From: Monocercomonoides exilis PA203
Taxonomy: Eukaryota > Protista > Preaxostyla
Direction of reading: 5' to 3'
Length of the DNA: 64,000 bases
NCBI GenBank assembly: GCA_001643675.2
Contig: LSRY02000006.1
Span: 496,001-560,000 of the forward strand
Shown: piece after piece, positions 39,101 to 48,917 of the stretch
How the letters are laid out: every line of letters starts with the position of its first letter
How positions within the stretch are numbered: position 1 is the first letter of the stretch
Program-made: the position numbers and the translations under genes
The notes under the pieces: generated by a model
Database searches by the model: none
What the model was told of the DNA's origin: nothing
Seen by the model: only the letters and a program-made list of their open reading frames with translations

Positions 39101-40872
39101 CCTTCTCCTCTTCCTCTTATTACAATTCATCCTCTTCTCTGCTCTCTTTCCACCAGCTCCCGTTGTCATACGTCACTTCTCCTTCCCCTTCGCCTTCTGC
39201 TGCTTCTGCCTCTTCTTTGCTGCCTGGCTCGCTGTTTGTGCATCTCGGTCCTCTCACTCCTCTTTCCCTCCCTACTCCTCCTCCAACTTCTTCCTCGTCT
39301 TCTTCCTCTTCCTCTTCCTCATCATCTTCTTCTTCTTCTTCTTCTGTCAACTCCTCTTCCCATTCTTCATCCAATACCTCCCTCTCCGCCACAACCCCAC
39401 CAACTCCTGTCTCTTCCTCTGCCTCCACCTCCTCCTCAAAGCTATACGGCGGCGACACACCCGTCGAAAGAGCCTCTTCTGCCACTCGTTTCCTCACTCC
39501 TTCACTCTCTTCCCAGTCAACCCCGTCTGGCCAGTCTGACCACACCGCTTTTTCCCAGCCCCTCGTCCGCCAGCTGTCTCAGCCGCCGCCTCCTCAGCCG
39601 CCACACCCCTCTACTCCTTCTCCTCGCATCAGCACTTCCTCTTTGCTTTCATCCAAAGCAGCCCAGCTCAATCTCCTCGACGACTCTTCCTCTCAACACT
39701 CTCCTTGCGCTCAGTCGCCCAAGACGTCGCACACAATCTCCCAACAATCTTCTCTTTCTTCCACACTCTCCACGCCTTCCTATGCAACTCCTCCACATTT
39801 CAGCCCAACCACACCCGTCGAAGCATCCAGACACCATCTGCGCACCCCTCCTTCTGACCAGATGAAGTCCCGCCCGCCTCCCATCCAGACACACGTGCGC
39901 TCTTCTTCCTCGATCATCTCCTCAGCCACCTCCCACCTCCACTCCTCAGCTGCCCTGCTACCTCGCGGCAAAGGCGTGGCCTCTGTGTCCTCCCCTCTCA
40001 ACCCGCTCAGCTCTTCTTCCTCGACTCCTGCATTCACCTCGCTCTTCCCAATGTCCCAGTCGCCTTCTTCTGTCTCCATTGCGCCAAATGCCTCTATCCG
40101 GAGCACTCACCACGAAGGAGGCGCATGGGACGACTCGACAATCGCGTTCTCATCTGCTGTCGACAGCGGCGTGAGCGAAGGCTGGCCTGACGATGCTGCT
40201 GCGGGCAACAGCGTCACCCTCACGCTGCACATGGCACATGCGCCAAATAGAGACAAAGATAGAGACAGAGAAGTACACAGACAAGATGCTGATCGGCTGA
40301 AGCAGACGAGGACGGAGACGCCTTCGCTAAGAAAGGAGCGGAAGCGGCGGGCGAAGACAGAAGAGCAGCTGTCGGTGGACGGGGCGTCTCAAACGTCGAC
40401 CACACAGCCACCATCGTCGCTGCTAGTCACACAGAACAGCCGCTCGCACATAACTCAGATCAACTCAGTCTTCAGCGATGGCGACAAAGGCGTGGATGCG
40501 GACACGAACCTGGAGGACATCGGCAGCTCCACGCACATTGCAGAGAGCGAGGACGGCGTGCGAAACGAGCAGACGTCGCTGCGGAGGGACCTCGGCAGCT
40601 CTTCCACGTCGCGGCACCAGCGCATTGACAGCCGGTCGAAGCTGATGGGCGACCCCAGCGCCTGCCAGACAACATTCTCTGTCACATTTGCCTCAGACGA
40701 CGACAGCGCAGAGGACAGAAAGCGCACCGCCTTCGAAGAGCCCAGCGAGGTCTCGCCCTTCAGCGTCACCCCTGCGCCTTCGCATGCTCCTTATTCGTCA
40801 CGGCGCTCAACCCCTTCTGCTCTTCATAGTTCTTTCCCTTCCAACGTGCAGTCTCCTCATTCTCCTCCTTAA
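26001..40872 (+). CDS. TTBK: Tau-tubulin kinase (CK1 group) with giant S/Q/P/H-rich tail, 4 exons, ~4,891 aa
   Basis: Exons 26001-26229, 26284-26371, 26427-26553 and 26641-40872. Motifs: LGQGAFG, AIKFE, VLKLEAFVLKKLQ, MELLGQNL, HRDIKPSNF, LIDFGLA, FRGTARYASINAH and DDLWSLFYVLVEF (TTBK-type). Confidence 0.9.
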
Positions 40873-41310
40873 AATTGTGATACCTTCTTTTACAAAATGG
40901 ATTTAGTTATATTTTTTACGTGTGCAATTTTCAGATTATTTTTAATTTTATGTATTTTGTTTTAATGTTTCGAAGTATTTGCTTATAATGTTGGTTCACG
41001 TATGTTTCTTATTGTTCTTAATTTGTAATTACATATGTCATTTCTTTGTCTTTTGATATGAAGACTTCGTTGTGTGGAAGTCTCTAAAAACGGATTCTTT
41101 TCCTTATTTTAAGAGTTGTGTGTTGCAAATTGAAATTCATTTTGTGTTGGAACGATTTTTCATCGAGTATATTTTTTTATCGATGAATTCTTTGTTGTCT
41201 TTATTTTTCTTTAAAAAAACATTGTTCAATTTTTGAAAAAAAATTCTATAATTTTCAGTTTTCGTTTTACATTCAAAAAAATATATATGAGAATTAAAAT
41301 AATTGCTTGT

Positions 41311-41857
41311 TTATATTTCTTTGAATGACATAATTTGCTCAATTCCCATAGCTTTGATTGTGCTAACAAGAAGGTCCTTTCCATCATCAAATGCTTGTTT
41401 AAGGTTTTCTCCAACTTCTCCTTCTGGAAGTTTAAGATCTTCTCTGGTTGCTCCTGATTCAAGCATGAGGGAAACGAATCCATCATCTTGAACATCAACC
41501 AACGAATATTCAGCTCTTTCAATGTCTGGAACTGGAACATTGTGGGAAGTTGGGTGAAGTTCTTCGTATTTCTTTCCATTGAAGATATCAATGGCAACAA
41601 TATGCATTTTAGCATGACCATGCTTTCCAGTTTTTGAGGTGCTTGTTTCAACAACTTTTGCTGGGCGTCCTGTGAAAAAATAGTTTGAAATTTGATAATT
41701 AAATGCAATGTATAATTAAACTCTAAAATTCTTAAATAATAAAACCTTTCATGGCAATATATCCACCTTTTTTGATATCACCAGCAGCCATTGGATGGCA
41801 ATGGGAGGCTTCGGCATCTCCTGCATCGAAATCATCATCTTCATAATCGTCTGCCAT
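41311..41857 (-). CDS. eIF5A: Translation factor eIF5A, 2 coding exons, 156 aa
   Basis: Exons 41857-41746 and 41669-41311 (intron GTTTTA..CAG, 76 nt). The hypusine motif STSKTGKHGHAK is intact. Confidence 0.97.
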
Positions 41858-41920
41858 CTAACGACACAAGTCAATTAATTTCATAAATATTAAACAATAT
41901 TAAGCATAACAAGAGCAAAC
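41858..41920 (-). other. Probable 5'-UTR intron of eIF5A ending immediately before the ATG
   Basis: GTTTGC...TTGAC...TTAG|ATG, 63 nt, with the same donor type as other introns in the window. Confidence 0.55.
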
Positions 41921-42136
41921 GATCTTCTTTTTTTATTTTTATCAAGGATTATGATCAATGAATTGTGGATTTTTCATTTCCCGATATTTATATCTTTTGA
42001 TCAATTTTTAAAGTATTTAATTTGGGATAATTTTGTTTCATCAAGATTAACTTTACGAAAATAAAATAGTGAAATGCTAAATGCAAATTTTAAAAAATAA
42101 AATCAAAGTCTTGCTAAAAAAGTTGTGTGAAAATCA

Positions 42137-42973
42137 TTATTGGAAAAAACTGAAAATAGTTTTTTTAACTGCATTGAATGCCTTTGTAGCTGTTTGTTGA
42201 ACTGCAGCTGCTGTATCGTTTCCAAGGATTTCTGCTATAGTTCCACTGCTTTCGTGTTCAACATACGATCGTTGCGAAATTGAACGAGCATCGTCATCAA
42301 AAATAATACTAAAATTGCAATAATTTGCGTAAAAACATACATTGAAACATGTTTATATATAAAGAAGGTATAAAAGAATCTCAAAAAATAGCATGCCCAT
42401 TGTCAATTGCTGCGTCAATTGCGAGTAATACTTCATTGTATCTGTATAAAATGTTTGCTGCTGAAAGATCTCCACTAAAAAATCAGTTAATTTTTCCGTT
42501 GAAAAAGTGAAGAAATTGTCAACGATAGTAAAAAAAATTGTGTTTTAAAGAAGAATAAAAACTTTTGTACAAAGTTTTTGATTGATTCAACAAACTCGAG
42601 GTTATCTTGAAGACTTTGAACAATTACTGATAATTCAGCAGATGCTATAGCTTCGTTCTCATCGGAAATGCATGAAAGCGAAAAGAATACGTCATTAACT
42701 TTTTGATAAACTATCACAAATGGTCCATAAAGGAAAGCATCTAATGTTGAATAAGTTTAAAAATGAAGCATTGAAGGAAAATTAAATAACAATCATACCG
42801 TCTGATGATTCTGACGGAATTCCCTTTGAAATGATTCTGTTCATCACTCCATTCTGAAAATCTGTAAGATTTTTTAAATATTTTCCAATATCTTCTGTGT
42901 AATTTGCATAAAGCAGTTTTGATGTTGTATCAAAAATTATGATAGCCTTGATTGTACTGATATCTGAGGTCAT
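42137..42973 (-). CDS. COPZ: Coatomer zeta subunit (longin/sigma-adaptin fold), 4 exons, ~189 aa
   Basis: Exons 42973-42799, 42740-42596, 42474-42397 and 42308-42137. Motifs IKAIIIFD..LLYANY, IVYQKVNDVFF, DENEAI and VLLAIDAAIDNGIIFDDD..I..R. The third intron has a GC donor. Confidence 0.8.
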
Positions 42974-43093
42974 TCTTCTGTTATCTGTGAATTAAAGAAC
43001 TACAAAAAAATTGATCGAAGTATATATAATAAATAAGTTTGGAATTTTTTATGAATATTTTTCAATAGATTACGTTAATTCAACATATATGTT

Positions 43094-43099
<6 letters not shown>

Positions 43100-43141
<42 letters not shown>
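43100..43141 (+). repeat. poly(A) tract (42 nt)
   Basis: Homopolymer seen directly. Confidence 0.95.
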
Positions 43142-43142
<1 letters not shown>

Positions 43143-43239
43143 GATATCTTTTTTGCCAAACTTTCATTTGTGTGATTAATTATTCTCCGTCTGTGTTTTG
43201 AATATGGTGAGTTATTCATAATTACACTTTTTTTCTGGA

Positions 43240-43540
43240 ACAAAAATTTCAGGTTCTCCAGAGAACATTTGGGAAAAAATAAATTACAGGAAACCTTCAA
43301 AACACTTTGATTTTCTATTCGTGATAACAATTTTTTATTTTGCAATGTTTGTGAAAAGATCTTAAGTTTTATTCGTTTTTTATTTAAGATCAAAGACTTG
43401 CTCATATTTCAACTGGTTTTTTTGTTTTGAGATATTTTTTTAATGATTGTTATTGCTGTTGTACTTTTCTTAATTATGTTTTTGGTTTTTTTTCATTTGT
43501 CAAAATCTTCGTTTTTCATTTCTTTAATAATTTCACAAGA
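43240..43540 (-). repeat. Old ~300-bp repeat, inverted partner of 46553-46842
   Basis: The reverse complement (aaaaaatatctcaaaac..aatatgagcaagtctttgatctt..agatcttttcacaaacatt..ttttgaaggtttcctg) aligns collinearly with 46648-46842. Confidence 0.65.
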
Positions 43541-43580
43541 TCTAAATAAATTGGATGCTTTGTTTGAACAAAAGAATTTC

Positions 43581-45614
43581 GGGTGGTTTATTGACCCGAA
43601 CTTTTTTAAAAACCCTGACTTTTTTTTTAATAATAAGTTGATTTTTCCAACTTTTTATATTTTTTCTATTGTTTTCAGTATATGAGAAAAAGTCAGTAAC
43701 TGGAAATTAAGATAAAACGACAATACTTAATCTCTGATGTGGAGGAGATAAGGGGATTGCTTCTCCATCTCTGATTTGTGCCTCCCCTGAAGAGATTAGA
43801 TGATAGCAATGGGGATAATCAAGTTAGAATTTAATAGAAAATATTTTTTTGATTTTTTTTCATTTAAAAAAAAATTTTTTTTTAAAAAAAATAAAAATAA
43901 GATCATTTCCAGAATATTTTTTCAATGAGTGTTGTGAAAACCAAAAGAGAACGTGGACAGTTAATTCTTCGAGAAAAAATGATGTCATTTGAATATCGAA
44001 GTATTGAAAATCGATTTGAACGCATGGCATGTATTGTTGTTGATGGACATGTCAGAATCGTTGATGCTATTAATACCATAGAGTTCTCTCGTTCAGCAAT
44101 AATTAGAGCAGTTTCAGCAATTGAAAGCGGCAGAGCTGTTGGAAAACCTGGCAGGCCAGAACTATTCAGTGAAGAGAACAAAAACATTTTTGTTGGAGTT
44201 ATTAAAATCGAAAGTTTATCCGGAACAAGTTTAAATGCAAAGAGAACAAGAGAATTTGTTTGATTACACATTTATTTATCTTTCGTTTTTAATAATAAAT
44301 ATTTTTCAGATGGAATCCGTCATTTCCGACAAAAAAATACGATCAGAAACTGATGTTGATGAAAACACCACTGTGTCCAAATCATATCCATATCGATTTG
44401 CAAAAAGGAATTCTGAGCTCAAAGCGTCCACGCCCAGAAATGTGGATGTCCAACGTCTTTCAGTATCCAATCAACAAGCTCTTCTTCCTTTCTATGAGCT
44501 TCTGCAAAATCTTCACAATATCATCATTATTCACATTCTTTGATCTTGAACACAGATAAATCTTCACTCCGCTTATCGGATTCCTTCAAAACTCTTGTGA
44601 TTCACCCTTCAGGAGTTCCAGCTGGATTTCATACAACACCCACAAACAAGCCAAATGCCACTTTTGTTGACCCACCTGCTGCAGATGGATATTCTCTCAA
44701 AAGCGTTGTATTGTGGCCATGCCACAAATTACCAAAGGAAATGCGAGTTCTTCTTAGCGCATTCATTGATGTTTGGGATAATAACGATGGATGGATGACG
44801 GAAAGCATATTTCAAAGATACTCAGAAGAGGTTTTATTAACTGGAATCATCGAATGAAGGAAAATATTAATGAGAACCAATGAGAGATGTCTTCTTCTTT
44901 TGGATTGTCATTCTTCTCGGGCTCAGCCTGACATATGGCAGAAATCTGCTGATAACATCATAGACGTCGTCACTTTTATTCCACACAGTTCACGCATCAC
45001 ACAACCTCTTGATCGTGGTGTGTTTCCAGTCTTCAAGAAATACATCAACTCTTTGTACTCTGTACCTCCAGATTCTTCCATTTCTCTTCGACGTGAGGCC
45101 ATCTCCAACGTTCTTCCACAAGCTCTTCAGACAGCATTGTTTCCTGCAACTGTTGTTTCTTTGTTTGCGAAAAGCGGCGTGCTTTCCAACGAATGGCATT
45201 CAGTATTATCAACACTTCCAAATGAACCTTCAGTGAAACTGAAAAAGAGAACACATAGGTTTGATTTTTTGGGAAAAATTATTACTGAACAAAAATTTCT
45301 TGAAGAATGGAAAAAAGAAAATGAAATGAAAGAAGATTTGAAAAGAAAAGAAAAGAAAAAAGAAAACGAAGAAAAAAAACTTTTCACAGCTGAAAAGCCC
45401 AAAAAAAGAAAATTTCGCAAATCAGACATTTTGAATGATGATGTTTTGGACGATGAATCAAATCATAAAAATTCCAGAAAAATTGTAAAGAGAGAACTTG
45501 TTGATTATATATATGAGTAATCATTTCAATTTTTATTATTAAAATATTATAGCTTGAAAAAATTTTTTTTCATTTCGAACCAAAATAAAAAAAGTTCGGG
45601 TTTTTAAATCACCC
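43581..45614 (+). mobile_element. pogo/Fot1-like (Tc1/mariner superfamily) DNA transposon, defective, ~2.03 kb
   Basis: Imperfect TIRs: GGGTGGTTTATTGACCCGAACTTTTT on the left; the reverse complement of the right end is GGGTGATTTAAAAACCCGAACTTTTT. The right end is followed by TA. It encloses a DDE_1 transposase. Confidence 0.85.
43925..45520 (+). pseudogene. DDE_1 (pogo/CENP-B-like) transposase, DD35D, with a 52-nt intron, one frameshift and one nonsense codon
   Basis: HTH-like N-terminus (GRPELF), intron 44258-44309 (GTTTGA..CAG, phase 0), then SKSYPYRFAKR. Frameshift near 44520-44540. Catalytic region: ILNTDKS, GWMTESIF, TGA 44855-44857, LLLLDCHSSR-x-PHSSRITQPLDRGVF (35 aa between D2 and D3). 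Confidence 0.85.
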
Positions 45615-45880
45615 TAATCTTCTGAATTCAAAGCTGAATAGGAAATAATAAAAAATAAAAAAAGTTATGTGAAATTGTCATTAATGCTTATGATTCTATA
45701 TAATTACAATTTTTCTCAAGAACTCGTTTTTGTGAGTTTCTGTGATATTTATTTTTGCTTTCAGAATTTTATATTAATTATTGCAAAAAAGTTTATTAAT
45801 TAATTTATTTCAAATGTTTATTAACATCAAAATATTACGAATATGGAAAATAATAACATTTTTACCTTATTGTATTGATA

Positions 45881-46548
45881 CGCCAATAATTATTCAAAGT
45901 CGAAAAAGTTTCATTCAAAGTCGAAAATTATTATTCAAAGTTGAAAAAGTTGTAAACGAAATCGAAAAACTTTCAAGCAAAGTCGAAAGTTCGAAAAACT
46001 TCAAATTTTCAAAAAGATGACAAGAATCAATACAAATCTAAAAAGCATTGTTATTGTTGAAATACTTATGATATTTGTTATTTTAATGACTTTTTATCTT
46101 TTTTCCCGATGTAATTCTTTGGTTTCTTTTGTCTCATTACAAATTCAAAATTATGAGAGAAATTCTGGCATATTTTTATCTCATTTCAATTGAAAGCACT
46201 CTTTTTCACAGAAAATTTTCCTAGATATTTTTTATTTTTTTTCCTATTTTATGTAGAATGAAGAATACATTATTGACTCTCTCATTTAATGTTTTTTCAT
46301 CACAAACAACTCATTTCTTATTGAAGGAAACAAATGTTCTTAAAAATGTTAAAATTATATATTTGAGTTTGTTTTGGAGCGAAATCTTCATATTTTGCAG
46401 AAATCAACATAAACATTACCGATTATATTCACAAAAACAAAAAAATAATATTTTTCCACAATTGAATCCTCATGATAAAACGTTATTTTTTTTTTGTCAA
46501 ATTTTCGATTTCGTTTGAAAGTTTTTCGACTTTGAATTATTTTTGGTG
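45881..46548. mobile_element. Non-autonomous TIR element (MITE), 668 bp, TA target duplication
   Basis: TA|CGCCAATAATTATTCAAAGTCGAAAAAGTTTCA ... TGAAAGTTTTTCGACTTTGAATTATTTTTGGTG|TA, with about five subterminal copies of (TTC)AAAGTCGAAAA at the left end. Confidence 0.75.
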
Positions 46549-46552
46549 TATT

Positions 46553-46842
46553 GTGTGAAAATGTAAAAAATGATCAAAAAAATAAGTGAATTGCTATCAA
46601 GAATAACAAAAAACATTTCAGAAAAGTTTTATACCAATAACTTCACCAAAAAATATCAAAACATAAAAATCGAGATAATATGAGCAAGATGTTAATCTTG
46701 AAAATATAACAAAAAAATACTAGATCTTTTCTCAAACATTAAAAATTAAAATAATTATTCATGGAATTGCAAATAACAATATTTTGAAGGTTCACTGAAA
46801 TTCATTTTTTTCTTAAAGTGCTCCTGCGATCCTGAATTTTTC
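46553..46842 (+). repeat. Old ~300-bp repeat, inverted partner of 43240-43540
   Basis: See the 43240-43540 alignment. Confidence 0.65.
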
Positions 46843-46894
46843 ATTAAGATATAAATTTTTTGTGCAGATAAATTTTTGGACCTTTAATTATTTA

Positions 46895-47510
46895 TGGAAC
46901 AATTTTTTTTGAAAAGTTCATTTTGTTTTATTTTCGAGTTAATATGACATTTGAATATTTTTGTCAAATATTCATTCTAATAGTTGTGTGCAAAACCCGC
47001 ACTTGTGCAAAAACCCCCACGCTTGACATTTTCCTTATATATACTCTTCCACTTTCATATGTGTGAAAGCGTTTGGCATTTTGATGCAACCTGTAACTAT
47101 TATTGTCCAATATCAAGTATTTCGACTGAAAAATCAAAAACAAAAAATATTGATCAAAAGATCAAAAAAAGATCAATATTTTATGTTTTTGATTTTTCAT
47201 TCGAAATACTTGATTTTGGACAAAAATAGTTACAGGTGGCATCAAAATGCCAAACGCTTTCACATATATGAAAGTGGAAGAGTATATATAAGGAAAATGT
47301 CAAGCGTGTGGGTTTTTGTACAAGTGTTGGTTAATGCGCACACTATTAATCACAAATATTCACCATCATAGAACAAACAATATTTTCAAGCAATTACAAT
47401 CATGATGGTGAAATTAGGTGAGTTGGAATGAAATATTGAAGCAAAAAATTCGATTTTCCTTTTCATCTGAAAATTTTACAAAATGAACTGCTCAAAAATT
47501 TTTGTTAACA
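46895..47510. repeat. Old degenerate palindrome hosting the 46981-47345 element in its left arm
   Basis: The reverse complement of 46895-46980 (ttagaatgaatatttgacaaaaatattcaaat...gaaaataaaacaaaatgaacttttcaaaaa) aligns with 47423-47510. ttcaccatcat (47359-47369) pairs with atgatggtgaa (47402-47412). Confidence 0.65.
46981..47345. mobile_element. Palindromic fold-back element, copy 1 (arms ~175 bp, imperfect)
   Basis: The arms are reverse-complementary with scattered mismatches. Centre: GATC-AAAAGATCAAAAAAA-GATC. Tandem terminal motif GTGCAAAA(A)CCC.CAC. Confidence 0.9.
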
Positions 47511-48067
47511 CAAGAAACTTTTATATTTGAATGAATGAAAAAAAAAAAAAAAATACAATGAAATTTCCCTTTATTTTTTGTAACATTTAACTCTATGTGG
47601 ATAAAAAAAATTTAAAAAAATTGAAATGAATGACTTTTGATAATTGTGAATAATTATGATTGGCACATTATTGGTGACAGAAAAATGATGAAAATTTGTG
47701 CTTTTCAAAGAAGTTTCCGTTTTTTTCATAAAAATTTCAAACTTCGATCCAATAATAGTCTTTCTGGAAATATTTTAGTCCAGTTTCTCCTTTGAAAAAA
47801 AGATAAAAAAAATATCCAACATAACTTGAAAAATTACATGAAATGTTAATTGGAGAAAGAATAATAATTGTTCATTGTTTCAATTAATGAGTATCATCAT
47901 TTCAAGAAACAAGAAAAAGTCTCTTCAGAATTTGAAAAGTTCCATTCACAAATTATGATTTTAAATCAAAATTATTAATGTGAAAATTATTCTTTTTGAA
48001 AAGACACATGTGTTTTGCAGTAGAATTTTTTTTAAACTCATCATTTTATTCATCACTTTTTTAATTA

Positions 48068-48433
48068 TGGTGAGGGAAAAAACCCGCACAAGGGAAAAAA
48101 CCCGCACATATCACATTTTCTTTAGAATTAATCAGCCAATTTCATATATGTGGAAGATTATTGCATTTTAACTCCTCCGTTAACTTCTTTAAGTCCAGTA
48201 TTTCGTATTTCAATAAAAAAATCAAAAACAAAAAATTTTGATCTTTTTTGATCTTTTGATCAAAATTTTTTGTTTTTGATTTTTTTATTGAAATACGAAA
48301 TACTGGACTTAAAGAAGTTAACGGAGGAGTTAAAATGCAATAATCTTCCACATATATGAAATTGGCTGATTAATTCTAAAGAAAATGTGATATGTGCGGG
48401 TTTTTTCCCTTGTGCGGGTTTTTTCCCTCACCA
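48068..48433. mobile_element. Palindromic fold-back element, copy 2 (perfect 176-bp arms, 14-nt loop, TTA target duplication)
   Basis: 48068-48243 is the exact reverse complement of 48258-48433. Loop TTTTTTGATCTTTT. TTA flanks both sides (48065-67, 48434-36). Terminal motif AGGGAAAAAACCCGCACA occurs twice per end. Confidence 0.93.
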
Positions 48434-48917
48434 TTAATCGATTAAAAATCTCCAAGATGCGAATAATTTCCATTTATTCATGTGGGTAATTTTCATTTAA
48501 ATAACAAATATATCACATAATTTTCCAAAGCCAAAGTTAAATATTGAAGAAAATCATATTAATAATTTTACAGTATTATTTCTCTTCTGAACTCATTAAT
48601 CAATATTCCAAACAAATAATCAAAACGAGAATTTCAATTCTCAAGATTAAGAATTTTATTTTGAAATATATAATTTACAAACTTCTTCAGTAGTTTATTT
48701 TATTTTATATTTTTTTTGAACAAATTTAAAATTATAAAAATCGAAACAAAAGTTAAAACAAAATGAGCAAAATTTCGTTTTTAATTTCACGAGATTATAC
48801 AAAAAAACATTCATTCACTGAAGCGTCGATTACATATCTGTTATTTTATTATCTTCTTGTGTTTATGGAAAAAATTTGAAAATAGTCATTTTTTGTTATA
48901 CTCATTAATTATATGAT

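Noticed and set aside
27100-40800. Many antisense and alternate-frame ORFs (poly-E/R/L) over TTBK, the receptors and ORF1
   Set aside because: These are shadows of low-complexity, strand-biased codon usage and carry no motifs.
40872-41857. Functional link between proline-rich TTBK and adjacent eIF5A
   Set aside because: They are convergent neighbours in a eukaryote; adjacency alone is not evidence.
45890-46000. CRISPR-like or iteron array
   Set aside because: The units are degenerate, lack unique spacers, and are explained as MITE subterminal repeats.
46984-48351. Short ORFs within the palindromes
   Set aside because: Non-ATG or AT-rich chance ORFs mirrored by the symmetry, with no coding signature.
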